Part shown: positions 38,930-53,231 of the stretch, one piece after another
How positions within the stretch are numbered: position 1 is the first letter of the stretch
Layout of the letters: every line of letters starts with the position of its first letter
Source of the DNA: Octopus bimaculoides
Lineage: Eukaryota
Length of the DNA: 64,000 bases
Assembly: GCF_001194135.2 (NCBI RefSeq)
Contig: NC_068990.1
Span: 59,235,386-59,299,385 of the forward strand
Direction of reading: 5' to 3'
The notes under the pieces: model-generated
What the model saw: only the letters and a program-made list of their open reading frames with translations
Told to the model about the DNA's origin: nothing
The model's database searches: none
Made by a program: the position numbers and the translations under genes

Positions 38930-39795
38930 CTTTCAACACACGATTTCACCCCAGGAATCTTGCAAAATCAAATACATTCTTTCATTCTTTTACTTGTTTC
39001 AGTCATTTGACTGCAGCCATGCTGGAGCACATACCAATTGTATATATTTTCATATATATATATTTTATAAGTTATCTTTTACTTGCTTCAGTCATTAGAG
39101 TGTGGCCATGCTGGGGCACTGCCTTGAACAATCTTTTAAGTTGAATGAATCAACTTCAGTACTTATTTTTTTTTTTGTTAAGCCTGGTACTTATTCTTTT
39201 CAGTCTCTTTTGCCAGACTGCTAAGTTACAGGGACGTAAACATATCAACACCGGTTGTCAAGTGATGGTGGGGGACAAAGACACATACACACACACACAC
39301 GTCTAGTTGTACACTCAGTATACGTATATGTTTTTTATCTGTCGTTTATTTACAATGCATTTTTTCATTTATTTTATCATCATCATCATCGTTTAACGTC
39401 CGCTTTCCATGCTAGCATGGGTTGGACGATTTGACTGAGGACTGGTGAAACCGGATGGCAACACCAGGCTCCAGTCTGATTTGGCAGAGTTTCTACAGCT
39501 GGATGCCCTTCCTAACACCAACCACTCAGAGAGTGTAGGGTATATATATATATACACACACAGATATTTGACAGACTTCTTTCAGTTTCTGCCTACCAAC
39601 TCCACTCACAAGGCTGTTTGGCCTGAGGTTAGAGTAGAACACACTTGCCCAAGGTGCTACACAGTGGGACTGAACCTGGAACCATGTGGTTGAGGAGCAA
39701 GCTTTTTTTTTTACGGCACTACTACAGCATGGTCTTTATCTGTAATGGTTGAAACAAACTGAAAAAACCCTGAAATTTCTAATGTCTTTTTGCAG

Positions 39796-39975
39796 GTTAC
39801 TCAGTATGTGGACCCAGTATATTCCATCAACAAATTAGCTAAACTGCCTGAAATTCCAGCCACACAAACAGACCCTGATTCCACAAACAAACCAATGCTG
39901 ACAGAGCCAACATCGGTAATGGATCCTGATGAGGGACAGAGTTTCTCTTCACAGACATATGAATCTCATGTATGA
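39796..39975 (+). CDS. SLCO: SLCO/OATP terminal coding exon (cytoplasmic tail)
   Basis: ttgcag|GTT, phase 0 matches the previous exon; open to TGA at 39973-39975 (VTQYVDPVYS...YESHV*). The ten exons total 1514 nt = 2 + 504 codons. Confidence 0.82.
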   Translation, partial: VTQYVDPVYSINKLAKLPEIPATQTDPDSTNKPMLTEPTSVMDPDEGQSFSSQTYESHV

Positions 39976-42900
39976 CACTTTGCAAATCAGTCAGTCGAAA
40001 TGTTATTGATGACATTTTAAGTTCTTCAAAAGTATTTTCATTTGTTATAAAGTCGTAACTGATCAAAATACATCCATTTCCACCTATCTAAATAACATAT
40101 CTCTATACATAAAAAAAAAAAAGTATGTCCATTCAATGTTAACATATATCTTTACGTGTATATATAATATATATTGACGAAACAGTTTGGTTATGAGGAA
40201 AACAATTTTACTCAATGGCAAGTTATATTGTAATAGCAAAAGTCTGCAGCCCAAGCTAATAGGCTTTTATCTGTTTTATTGTTATTTTAGAAACAAAGGT
40301 CAACTTTGCCTTTCATCCTAAACAGGGTCGATAAATAAAGTACCAGTCGAGCTCTGGGATCCAATATAATCAAGTAACTCTTCCTCCTCCCCTTAAATTT
40401 GTGGCCTTGTGCCAACATTGCTCTTTCTACTTCTATTACAACAAACTCCATCTATGAATGTGCTTGAGTTTCTGTGTAATATAAAAATAGATAACTTTAA
40501 CGATAGTAGCTAGAGGTTATTCAAATTACAGCCCTTCATGAAATCCAACAAGGTTTTGCACCAAAAACCTGTTGAGCCTTGTCTGGTTTAGTAAATTTGG
40601 CCATTTCATGTAATGTCTAATTTGTTGTAGATTTTATGAAAGCTCTCAATGCTGTTTTAATAGTCATGCAAGAAGGTAGTCATTGTTAATATTTACACTT
40701 ACATAATTACCCACCAACAATGTATGAATATCTGTTGTTAGCTACCATTATATATAGTACAAGCATGGCCATGTGGTTAAGCAATTCACTTTGCAGTTGC
40801 ATGGTCCTAGGTTCAATTGTTGCACAGCACCTTGGGCAAGTGTCTTTATCTATGCTGTCAGGTTGACCAATACCTTGGTGAAAGGAATTTGGTCAATGGG
40901 AACTGTGGGGTATCCTGTTGTACAAATCAAGTCCAGTTAATCCTATGGGATAGATTGAATGCTGAAAGAAGGTAAAAGCACTTTACTTTGTTATGAATAG
41001 AGACCATACATCAACAATTGCTATTGATTCATTATTTATGAACTGACAGATGTTTTTTTTGTATGAAATTTTTCCAACAAAATTAAATGCCTCTAAAATC
41101 TAGCTTATTGATTCCACCGTAGGTCCATTTTTACATTTGATATTTTAGAATCATTTTAAATGTAACCCAAATGAAAATGAGAAATCAATTTGTACAACTA
41201 TTAACCTAGATTTTTTAGCTTCAGCATCAGTGGTTCTCAACTTTTTAAATACCCAGGCTANNNNNNNNNNNNNNNNNNNNNNNNNNNNNNNNNNNNNNNN
41301 NNNNNNNNNNNNNNNNNNNNNNNNNNNNNNNNNNNNNNNNNNNNNNNNNNNNNNNNNNNNNNNNNNNNNNNNNNNNNNNNNNNNNNNNNNNNNNNNNNNN
41401 NNNNNNNNNNNNNNNNNNNNNNNNNNNNNNNNNNNNNNNNNNNNNNNNNNNNNNNNNNNNNNNNNNNNNNNNNNNNNNNNNNNNNNNNNNNNNNNNNNNN
41501 NNNNNNNNNNNNNNNNNNNNNNNNNNNNNNNNNNNNNNNNNNNNNNNNNNNNNNNNNNNNNNNNNNNNNNNNNNNNNNNNNNNNNNNNNNNNNNNNNNNN
41601 NNNNNNNNNNNNNNNNNNNNNNNNNNNNNNNNNNNNNNNNNNNNNNNNNNNNNNNNNNNNNNNNNNNNNNNNNNNNNNNNNNNNNNNNNNNNNNNNNNNN
41701 NNNNNNNNNNNNNNNNNNNNNNNNNNNNNNNNNNNNNNNNNNNNNNNNNNNNNNNNNNNNNNNNNNNNNNNNNNNNNNNNNNNNNNNNNNNNNNNNNNNN
41801 NNNNTATATATATATATATATATATATATACACGCACACATACACCTGTGTTTGAGTAATCTTCAAGGTATACATTCATAAGACATCATAGTCATATTTC
41901 ATCACCATGGCAAAAATGATCACACTGGATGATAAGACCTATATGCTTTAAGTTGATGTCCTACAAGGTGACACATTGGAGCTCTTCATCTTCTTTCTTT
42001 GTGGTTATGAACTATGAAGAACAAGGTTTCATCATTATACCAAAGTCTAGGAGGGTTGGGTCAGGGACACAGTCCGATCTAGGTTTTGTCAACAACATTG
42101 CTTCGCCATCTGATAAAATTACAGATGCTAAGGCTAAGGTTCTGTCAATAATAAAATCTGGATATAAGAAAAGCTTCACCTCAATGCCAAGAAAAGACAA
42201 TACATGATCTCCAATAGCTGATCACAAGCCACTGAGAGCTGCTGGAAGTATCTCATTCAATTTCTAATGCTAGAAATCAGAATCTAGCTTATGTGTTGGG
42301 GCCTGGAAAGAATCATTCAAAGTGGATAGAAGCCTTGCATGGAAACTGCTCATGAATACAAAGAACATTTGGATGTTCAACTTTTCCAAACATCTTAAGA
42401 AGAGACTCTTCATAGAAGTGATTGAAACAACTCTCCTTTATAGTTGTAAAACTTGGTCCTTCACTCAGTCAATGACAGCTTTGATTGCTGAAAGTGATTA
42501 ATGAGCAAGTCTATGGTAATTTCTCCCAGTTGACCAACAAGAAAGAAGGAAGGAAGGTAGCTGCTATCTGCTGGGTATTGTTTGAGACACCCAAAGTTGC
42601 CCTCCTAAGCCGAGTCATTGCCTGGAAACTAGCCCATGGGAAGATGAATTGTGGGTGTCTTTCTAAAAACAAAATCAAGCTTTGATAAACTTTGGACATT
42701 AATAATGATGGGATTTGTAGCACATCCATCATTGCAACTTGTAGGTATGTGTGTGTGTTGAGTGTTATAGGGATTCAAAAACTTAAAAAAAAAAATTTTT
42801 TTTAAACTAAAGATAAGAAAATTGGTGAGCTGGGTACGGCTGAAACTTTTTTTTTTTTTGAATACTGCCCATTTTTCTTGTTTAAGCTACAAAGCAGCTC

Positions 42901-43318
42901 ACTGGTTTTCTTAAAGAATTTATTTCAGCTATCAGTGTCTATGTAGTCAGACATACAACTCTCTTAAACACAGGTAACACACTGCTATTTTATATCTGTC
43001 CTTCAAAATGACTCCAAGTGGAGTGACATCATTCAGTTATCAAACTAGAAATAACAGATGCACTTTGTATTCCTTTGATCAAACAAGTCATATTTTATAC
43101 CAACATCTTTCAAAAATTATCAAACTTCAATGATTTTACTATTTCGATGTTTTATAACATTACATATACTGCCATAAAACTCTGTTGATACTGCTTCTTG
43201 CTTTCTTTGTTGGTTTTGTTCCTTTTGTTTATCATTTCTTACATATTTGAAGGCAGTGAGCTGGCAGAATCATTAGCATGCCAGACTAAATGCTTATTGG
43301 TGTTTCATCTGTCTGTAC

Positions 43319-43715
43319 CAGTGGTTCTCAACCATTTTTTTTTTTACTTATGGATCCCTTTGATTACTGTTTTATTCTAGTGGATCCCCCATAGCCATTT
43401 GCTAATTAAAATCTAGTTTTATAGGTACTTCTTTCAAAATTCCTATTTTGTTTTTCACCTATTTACTTGCGTAGGTTTGTAACAGCACTCTCTAAGTGAA
43501 CCTGTTTCAGTGGCTAGAAACATGCTGAACTATGTAAAACATAAGAGAAAGAAATGTAGCTGTTTCTTGCAATAAATATATCTAAAGCAAAATATTTTCG
43601 TGGATCCCTTAAATACTACTGTGGATCCCCAAATTTACAACTTTGATTACAAAGACCCTACAAAAATCTTATGTAGACCCTTAGTGGTCATATGAGCCCT
43701 GGTTGAGAACCACTG
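43319..43715. mobile_element. hAT (Charlie-type) MITE nested in a Nin/Deu-type SINE
   Basis: TIRs CAGTGGTTCTCAACC / GGTTGAGAACCACTG; TSD GTCTGTAC / GTCTATAT; same family as 32404. Confidence 0.8.
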
Positions 43716-44844
43716 GTCTATATATTCTGAGTTCAAATTCTGCCAAGGTCCACTTTGTCTTTCAGGGTTGATAAAACGAGTCCCAGTTGAGCATTGGAGA
43801 GAAAGGGTCAATGTAATCGATTTTGCCCTTCCTCTGAAATTACTGGCCTTGTGCCAAAATTTGAAACTTTTATCTCTAATACAGGCACAAGGCCAGGATT
43901 TACAAGGGGAACAGTCGACATTATCAACCTAATACTTTACTGTTTGTTTTTTTATTGATTTTAGAAGGATGAAAGGCAAAGTTGTTGACCACACAGAGAT
44001 CAGAACACGAAGTTCAAATCTTGCTGAGGTCAACTTTGCCTTTCATCCTTCCAGGTTCAATAAAATAAAGTACCTGTCAAATAATAAGGTTGATGACGTC
44101 GACCACTTCCCTTCCTCTCAAAATTGCTGGCCCTGTGCCTAAATCGGAAACCACTGATATTTTCTATCACACAATTAAATGATGTAATTTGGATTACAAA
44201 GAAACTAGTGATGGCCTGTCAGCAAATACCATGAGTACATAAAGAAGAGATGAGTGTGGAATCTGGCATTTCAGGCCCTGGCCATTTGTCAGAGTAGAAA
44301 GGGGAAAGTTGTAATGTTTGAATGGACTATAAGGCCTGAAATGTTAGCTTTTTTTTTCTCTCTGGTGTGCTTAGAACATTTAATTATTATCTGAAATCAA
44401 ATCCTGCAACAACCAATTCTGCCTTTAAGGATAAATAAAATGAATTACCAATCAAATACTGGGGTCAGTATAATCCACTGGCAGAATCATTCGCTGTATT
44501 TCATCTGTCTTTACGTTCTGAGTTCAAAATCTGCTTGAGGTTGACTTTCATCCTTTCATGGTTGATAANNNNNNNNNNNNNNNNNNNNNNNNNNNNNNNN
44601 NNNNNNNNNNNNNNNNNNNNNNNNNNNNNNNNNNNNNNNNNNNNNNNNNNNNNNNNNNNNNNNNNNNNNNNNNNNNNNNNNNNNNNNNNNNNNNNNNNNN
44701 NNNNNNNNNNNNNNNNNNNNNNNNNNNNNNNNNNNNNNNNNNNNNNNNNNNNNNNNNNNNNNNNNNNNNNNNNNNNNNNNNNNNNNNNNNNNNNNNNNNN
44801 NNNNNNNNNNNNNNNNNNNNNNNNNNNNNNNNNNNNNNNNNNNN

Positions 44845-44876
<32 letters not shown>

Positions 44877-47131
44877 GAAATTATTGTAAAATCATCAGTG
44901 GTTATTATAAGTCACTAAAAAAAAAAAAAGCTCCCCTTTGGTCATGAATGACCACGGGACTGCACCCAGAAAGTTCCCCTCTGAGGTACAAATCTAGGCA
45001 AGGTTGTTTATGGAAGACCAGCAGTCACCTATGCATACCAGTCTTTCCTCTCCATGCCACTGATGTTATCCAAGGGAAAGGCAAAGGTTGATACAGCTTG
45101 GCAGCAGTGATGTTGCAACTCATTTCTACAGCTGAGTGAACTGCAGCAACATGAAATAAAGTGTCTTGCTTAAGAACACAACACACAGCCCAATCCAGGA
45201 ATCAAATCCACTACCTCATAATTATGAGACTGATATTCTAACCACTGAGCCATGCACCTTCACATTACTTTAGTAACTTTGGATCTTTTTCCAACACTAA
45301 ACACTGACCACTAGATGGAGGGAAAAAATAGAGGGCTGGGGCTTGATTTGTTGCTTGATAAAATGCCTAAAACTGTAATTAAAACTTTTAATGAATGTAG
45401 ATGTCTCATTCCTCTTTCTTCTGGTGGATATCAGTTACAAAATTTAGTTAATTTAATGAATGGTTCTGTCAGTGTATTATTTGATCAACAGAAACTACAT
45501 TCATGGTAGCAGTTGCATGTACATTTTATATATATATATACATGAAATTATTGTAAAATCATCAGTGGTTATTATAAGTCACTAAAAAAAAACTGTAAAG
45601 AAAACAGTTTCAGTAGGATTTATAATTAAAACTTACAAGCAGGATTCTTTGTTAATATCAAATAGCAAGATAACGAACTGGCAAAATTGTTACCACACAG
45701 GAAAATTGCTTAGCAATATTTCTTCCAACTTTACATTCCAAATTCAAATACTGCTGGTATAGACTTTACTTTTCATCCTTTTGGGGTTGATAAAATAAGT
45801 CCTGAAAATATCTAAGGGAAGACATCATTGAAGAATCATGGAAGGTATTATTGAGAAATCCTGAATAAGTCAAGCATCAAAATTAGACCCACCTTAGTCT
45901 AGTTCGAGACCTCACATTGCACTTTGACTCATTCATCCTGTGTTTGATAAACCTATTTGCTTTGTTGGTACTCTAAATGAATGGGAGTAAAACCACTTTT
46001 AGGACAGAATGTAAAGATGACAGAGCAGTTTTTACAGGAAACCTGTTCAACTTGCCTGTGACTGACGTCCAACAATGGTCAAAATGAGGGACGCTCATGT
46101 ACCGTGGTAAAGAAAATCTACAAGTCTAGTGTCTCACTAGGACTGAAATTTAATGAAATAGAGTTGTCTCCTCTCCATTGCACAAAAATTTATCCCAATT
46201 TTATATTTTCTTTTTAACTCTAGCATTTAGATTACTCTGTCAGATGAAGTACTTATTTATTCACATTGTTTTGAATTAATTAATCATGGCTCATCTTGTA
46301 GCTGTGAGATTGTTTATTTTTAGAATGTCATTGAAGGGTAGGTGTGACAGGCTAAATCTGGGCAATTTGAACAAATAGAATGTTTGGGCCAGTTTAAATA
46401 TATATTTATTTGCTATTCTGCTACTTGTTTTAGTTAATTGACTGCAACCATGCTGGAGAACTGGTTTTTAGTCACAGAATTCAAATCCAGGACTTATTCA
46501 CTGTAAGCCTATTACTTATTTTGTCGGTCCCTTTTGCCTAACCACTAAGTTACAGGGACATAAACACACCAACATTAGTTGTCAAGTGATGGTTGGGGGA
46601 CAAACACAAATAAATATATATATATACGATGGGCTTCTTTCAGTTTCCACCTACCAAATCCACTCATGAAGCTTTGGTCAGCCCAAGGCTACAGTAGAAG
46701 ACATTTGTCCAAAGTGCCAGGCAGTGGGACTGAACCTGGAACTGTGGTTGGGAAGCAAGCCTGCATATTTTAAAAACTGAAGTGTTGAAAATAAAATAAG
46801 TAAATGAATAATCAAGATTATTGCAGAAATATATTTTCGTGGTGGAATTTCTTTTCTATTAGTAATCTGTAATATCTACACATTGACAAAAATGAAATAA
46901 CAGTAACGTGAAATAAATTTGATAAATATTTATTTAAAGAAAAAAAAATCTAATACAAATAATTTTGTTTATATTTTGTCAGATTGTACTGACATTTATA
47001 TCTGTACATTATTTTTATGTTGTGTTGCCAAGTCGTTGTGTTTTACAGGGAAGATATATATACATATATAAGCATCTGTTACAAACTGACTGCCTCAAAC
47101 TCTTTATAGTCGTTATTACCATTCTACATGT

Positions 47132-47168
<37 letters not shown>

Positions 47169-50100
47169 AAGGATAAACTATCAGCTGGCAAACAAAGCTT
47201 GGTTGGGGAAAAGAAATTAGAAATCAATTTTAAAAATAAATAAACCCCACNNNNNNNNNNCTTTCTACAATCAAGCTTCATTCTGTGAGCAAATGTCTTA
47301 GCCTATCATTTTAAAAGACACAAAAAAAAAAAAAAAAATTTAAGGATCTTTTTCTTTCATTCATTTATGGACATGATCTATATTTACAGTTTTAAGTCCT
47401 GATACATTTGCTCATATACGCTTCCTCTTGCGTCTATGTACACACTCACACGCACAACACAAAGTCGAACTACCAACAGCAAAAGATGGCTTCATATTAG
47501 ATTTGGAATTATGAATGGAAACTACTTTAGAAAAGACATACACCCGATTATGGAAAATGTATCAAGAGCTTTCGCAATCTTGGATGGCATAATGCAATTT
47601 TTTCTGCAGTTGGCTCATTGCAATTCTCATTACATACCAGGATGTTTGAAACTGGATGTATTTTGCAAGATTCCTTTAAAAATATTCTTTAACAAAAAGG
47701 GAGAGAAAAAAACAAAACAAACACTAAAATATAAACAGGATATATGCTAAAATAAACACATTTAATCTTAACTAATTTGCTTAATTACTAAGAGCTGGTA
47801 AATAAGTAATAAGAAATTAGCATTTATACGAAACGGGAATTCTACTGCCCATGAAAACAAAGTAATATTTATGAGTTTCCAAGATATACCAATTAAAAAT
47901 TTCAGTAGAGAAAGCTTTATTGTTCGTCTAACAAGTTAGAGATAAAGAAACAACAAACTGCCCATTTCTATTAGCTGTTATAGAGAGAAGTAAACTTAGG
48001 CAGGTTGAGAAATGGAACAGATGAAATCAATTCCTTGACATCAAGTTATAGAATAGCAGTGTGCAGAAAATCTGCTGAACATCAGAAATATGAAATTGTG
48101 AATAATTTCATCTCCCAACAGAATGCAATAGAACTTTACAAAAAAATTTACACCTGAGAACCTGATTATGACAAGCAAACGAAATGCAAGTTACACTGAA
48201 AATCTCCATAGAATATATCTTACATTTTGGTTGTAATGGATTGTTTTCTGTTTATGCCAAAAACATATAACATTTTCTCTGAGGCACTGTATACTATTTA
48301 TAGTGTATGTGTGTGAGTATGAATGTATATATATAAGTGTGTGTATAGACACAACACACATACATGCTATTTCACATCTAGATTTAGAACAAGTTTTTTT
48401 TTTTTACAGTGGAACTTTAGAGAAAAAAAAAAAAACACTATCAATCAATCGCTTGTTCTGAGAATTTATTTAAAAATTCACATAAAATATTAAAATAGTA
48501 TTTTGCTATGTTATTGATTTCATTGAAATCAATATGCCAAAACTGTTTCATAAAGAAACTGAGGAATTTTCAGTTTTCTGAGCAAATGAAGATTTAACAA
48601 CTGATGTATAAAGTGTTCAACAAGAAGGGGATTTGAAGGATAATCCCTTTACCAGGCTTAAATAAACATTAATATTTTTGTTTATTTTTCTGTATTTTCA
48701 TAAATGCATTCACTAGATTAAGGAATGGTGGATCAGGGGAATCCTTTAAAGTAGAAAACAGAAAACTGCAGAAACACCAGTCATATTGCTATAGATTCAA
48801 TTAAAAAAATAAAGCTTTTAACCCACGAACCAGTCCCTCTCCCCTTTGTTGTAGGGGGTTAACTGAGATCTCTCTAGATTAGACTGTCCAGAAAGTTTGA
48901 GGATTCCCTATTTTGTAAATATACCCTCTTTGTAACAATATCACTGACAGCGTTATACATGTAGGCCAATACAGACACCTTCCATCCCACCATCATCAAC
49001 AACTACATTATTATTATTTTTTTTTTTTCCTCCATTCTTTAGCATCAATTTGATATTTCTGCAAATGTGAACATGTATGGGTTTTCTGGATTTTGTGTTT
49101 CTTCAAACTGAATGCTTTTCCTAACACTAAACCACTCAACAATGTCTTCACAGAGAAGAATTAAATTCCTTTTTAAACAATAAATACTGGGGAATTTGTC
49201 ATTATTATTATTATTGAGTTTCTTCTGTCAGACAATCAGAAATAAACAAAGAAGATAAAAATGGTAAAAGTAATTTAAAATAACATTCATTTGAAGATAA
49301 AATGCTGGAATAACTAAGAGTCAACTGTAACTTATTTTTGATGGTTAGGAAGGTAATAAGGCTAGTAAACAGACTCCTCTACTGGAAAGGCTGTAACCAT
49401 AACAATTAAAAAAAAACATTCAGGCCTTGATGATGGTGATGATGATCATGATGATGATACTAAAAGGAAGAAAGTGTGAGAGCATTGTTGATTATATTTC
49501 AGCACTGATTGTATGCCTCCCTTCCGAAAATGAAAACTTAGATTAGCAAGACTTTTGAACAATCTCAAACTTGATTTAACCATCATCAAATATAGTTTAT
49601 CAACTGACCAGCTGACAGGTATAAAAAAATAGATTTAACTTAGAGAAGGTAGGGAAAGAAAAGCCAACAACGATACTAGAAATGAAAACAGCCATATTAG
49701 TTTAAACTGCTTTAGTAAAGGACAGAAGTCAATTTGGTGAACCAAAATAGCCTGATGGTTGGTTCCAATTGATGCTATCACAGTCAAAAGTTATCTTTAC
49801 AGTGCACAGCCAAATTAATCAGCTCATTTCAAATCTGATAAAAAAAAAAAAAGCGAAATAAAATCCAACAACTATGTTTCATTAATTCATGTATGGTTTG
49901 CATTCATTGAATCTAGATCAGCAGTGGATAATCCTCATACCACAAGACATCTGGGATGACATGGATAAGGAAGGTAACCCTGCTCGTTTTGCTTCCTTAC
50001 TCTTAACTGTTACTACAAGAATAAAGTGGAAATTTCTAGAAGCCCTTTCCACTTCTTTCTTCACCAGCACACGCTTATTTACACACGCACTTACACATTT

Positions 50101-50914
50101 TTATGCAGGATGACCACCCAGAAATGATGTATAGATGCAATACAGTGAGAGTAAGGATATCAGTCTATTTAGTCTTATCCATGAGAATAATATTGCATCC
50201 ATTATGAAAGGAACAGAAAAAAAAAAAAAAAAAAGAATCTAACAAAAAATTATATGATGCCAGGAGTTATGCTGCTTTTCAGGCACTAATAGTGTTAGGA
50301 GTTATGTGAAGCAACAAGAGGAGAGTTGCAACTACACATCAGGAATTGGTCAGTGGCAAGACACCTTTCATTGCAAACAGCTTATAAAATTGACCAAACA
50401 TCAGTGCCAAAGAAACATCTCTTTGCACTTGGACAAATTCGAGATGTATAAACTAAACGAGATACCAATGGAGACTGAGGTTAGACAGAATAATAATTAA
50501 CAGTGTAAAAGCATCAGTAAGATAAGAATGGCCTAGGGAACAGTTTACATTCAGATATGAGGATATGCACACATTACAAGCTTGGTCACGACAGAGTTTG
50601 AGCTGCTGTGCAGATTGATTTGAGAAAGTCCTGCAATATAGTTTACACGCTGGCAGTTTGTTGTTTCTGATTGTCCAGCTACCCACAAGTAGCTACTGTA
50701 GTTTCTTCTTCAATTATTTTAGTCAATACCACACCCCTTCGGCACTGAGGTCGACACTTGTTCCAGGCATCGAATGATGTCCGAAATAATGTCATCTGGC
50801 GAGCAGTATTTTATAGCAAGAGTAAACAAAACAACAGTTGCAAACATCTTGCTATGTGTAGGTGCAGCCTGAGAAGATAAGTTGGAGCACCAAGCTCAAT
50901 GCTGCTTCAAAACA

Positions 50915-51007
50915 TCATTTTATACGCCGATACTGTAATATGAGGTCTCCACCTTGCTTCCAAATAAAATGCTTCACTGTCCGCAAATCCATGTTGGGAT
51001 CAAGAAT
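50915..51007 (-). CDS. WDR48: WDR48 terminal coding exon
   Basis: ttgcag|[33 protein letters not shown] matches the WDR48 C-terminus. Confidence 0.96.
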   Translation of the reverse strand: MLDPNMDLRTVKHFIWKQGGDLILQYRRIK

Positions 51008-51167
51008 CTGCAAAAGAAGTTTCAAACATTTTCAGATGTTTTTTTTTTTTTCCCCCCCACCTGTTAAGAAACTTGTATCTCTTAATGCAAAACATAACAA
51101 ACACTTGTTTATTGCAATATTAAACAAAATACTGAAACACAATTAGTTGAACTGTAATTTCTCTTAC

Positions 51168-51394
51168 CTGATCATTACAAAGGATTTCCACTTTCTCCTC
51201 TGCGATAGAAGTTACATCTTCGGAGTCTTTCTCTCCATCACTTTTCTCATGATTGCTGTTTGCTGTTTGAGAACCTGCATCTGAGCCCTNNNNNNNNNNN
51301 NNNNNNNNNNNNNGAGCCCTGACCAAGAACCTTTTCATACACGTGTTCAATGACTTTCCGAACCTGAATCACATCACTGGCAGACAACCGGTCT
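51168..51394 (-). CDS. WDR48: WDR48 exon interrupted by a spurious N gap
   Basis: ttatag|A...CAG|gtaaga. [32 protein letters not shown]...[12 protein letters not shown]. In frame (196 nt) only if the 24 Ns and one copy of GAGCCCT are removed. Confidence 0.93.
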
Positions 51395-53154
51395 CTATAA
51401 TGTACAAAAGAACCACTCATTTATTAGAGAAGATGATAACAATGATGATGATGATGATGATGGATACAGTAACACAATTATTTCTCTCTTCTCCAAATAA
51501 CTGAAATCATAAGGTTCAGTAAAAATAGGCGCAGGCATGGCTATGTGGTAAGAAGCTTGCTTCCCAACCACATGGTTCTGGGTTCAGTCCCACTGTGTAA
51601 CACCTTGGGCAAGTGTCTTCTACTATAACCTTGTACCGACCAAAGCCTTGTGAGTGGATCTGGCTGAGGGAAACTGAAAGAAGCCCAACAGGTGTTGATG
51701 TGTTTACATACCCGTAATTTAGTGATTCAGCAAAAGAGACTGATAGAATAAGTACTAGGCTTAAAAACAATAAGCCCTGGGGTTGAATTGTTCAACTAAA
51801 ATCCTTCAAGGCAGTGTTCCAGCATGGCCACAGTCAAATGGCTAAAACAAGTAAAAGAGTAAAAGAATATATTCTATGGCTTATAACTAACTCTGAGCCA
51901 TTCATTTGTGTTCAGCTTGATGCAGTTGTTTGACCCAAGGTCAGCCATGATTGAGCAGCTGTATACTAAAAAATGTTCCTGCCATGATCATTTGGGGGTT
52001 TTTTCAGATGCAATGTATCCAGAGCTACATTAAGCAATGTATTTTCTATTTTATTACTTTTATACAAAGTAGTGAATGTTTTAATTGAGCAGCTGCTTTT
52101 CGTGTTGTCAGCATAATAAGTGCTTTTGATTAGTCTATGTCAGCCCTATTGTTTTTAGTACATGCCAATCATGAAAACCAACATCATTTTAAGATGGCAT
52201 GACTGTAAATTGGAACAGCAGAACACAAGAAATTTAATGGAGAAAACTCACATTTGAATGTAACATAATTTAAATTCAAACATAATGCAGGAGACATAGA
52301 GCTGAGGTGTAACTAATAATAACTGAAGTATCTGGAATCTCTGAAGTAAGAACAGAACAGAGATACTAAGTTAATTACAAACTGTAAACAATATTAGAGA
52401 CCTTGCCAGTGCTGGTGCCACATAAACAGCACCAGGTCCACTCTGTAAAGAGGTTGGCATTAGGAAGGTCATCCAGTTGTAAAAACCATGCAAAAACAGA
52501 GACTGGATGTTGGTGCAGTCCCTTGGCTTGTCAGCTCCTGTCAAACAGTCCAACCAATACCACCATGGAAAACAGATGTTAAATTATGATGATGAAAAGA
52601 CACTACAAAAAGCTAGATAAACACAGGCAAGTCTGTGTGGTTCAGAAGTTTGTTTCACAACTGTGTAGTTTCAGGTTCAGTCCCAAAGTGTCTTCATCTT
52701 AACTCTGGGCCTTGCAAGTGAATTTGGTAGATGAAAATTCAAAGAAACTTATTGTGTGTGTGTGTTCATGTCTTTTTGCCTTGAAGTTGCACATGTTAAT
52801 TGTAAAGAACGCACCGTCATAGATGTGGTGATGTCCATTCACCATCTTTCATGTAAACATGTGATGAATTTAACACTATATATTTCAAGCAATCTGATCA
52901 ATGACAAACTCAAGGTGCCAGAAAAATAAATAAATAAATGTATATATGTCTGTCTTCATGCATGCATGCATCTATGTATGTAGGAACAGAGCAAAGGTAG
53001 ATAGCCAAAGGTTGGGCCAACTGAAAATATAAAACCCAGAGATGTAAATGATGATTTTAATAACCTCCAGAAATTAAAATCATAATTAGAATGTTAAGCT
53101 TCCCAGATGGCATAAGAAAAAAAATAAAGATATATCAATGAAAAAGTTGCTTAC

Positions 53155-53231
53155 TTTTTAGGTAATTTTATTCCCATACTTGCATGTGGTTGGAGAAAAA
53201 ATGGAATTTTATTGAATTTGGGAGATGCTCT
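53155..53231 (-). CDS. WDR48: WDR48 exon
   Basis: ttacag|AGA...AA|gtaagc. RASPKFNKIPFFLQPHASMGIKLPK. Confidence 0.95.

Noticed and set aside
41929-42732. ORF cluster with coding-like composition
   Set aside because: Broken frames and no motif I could assign; probably a decayed transposon, so not called.
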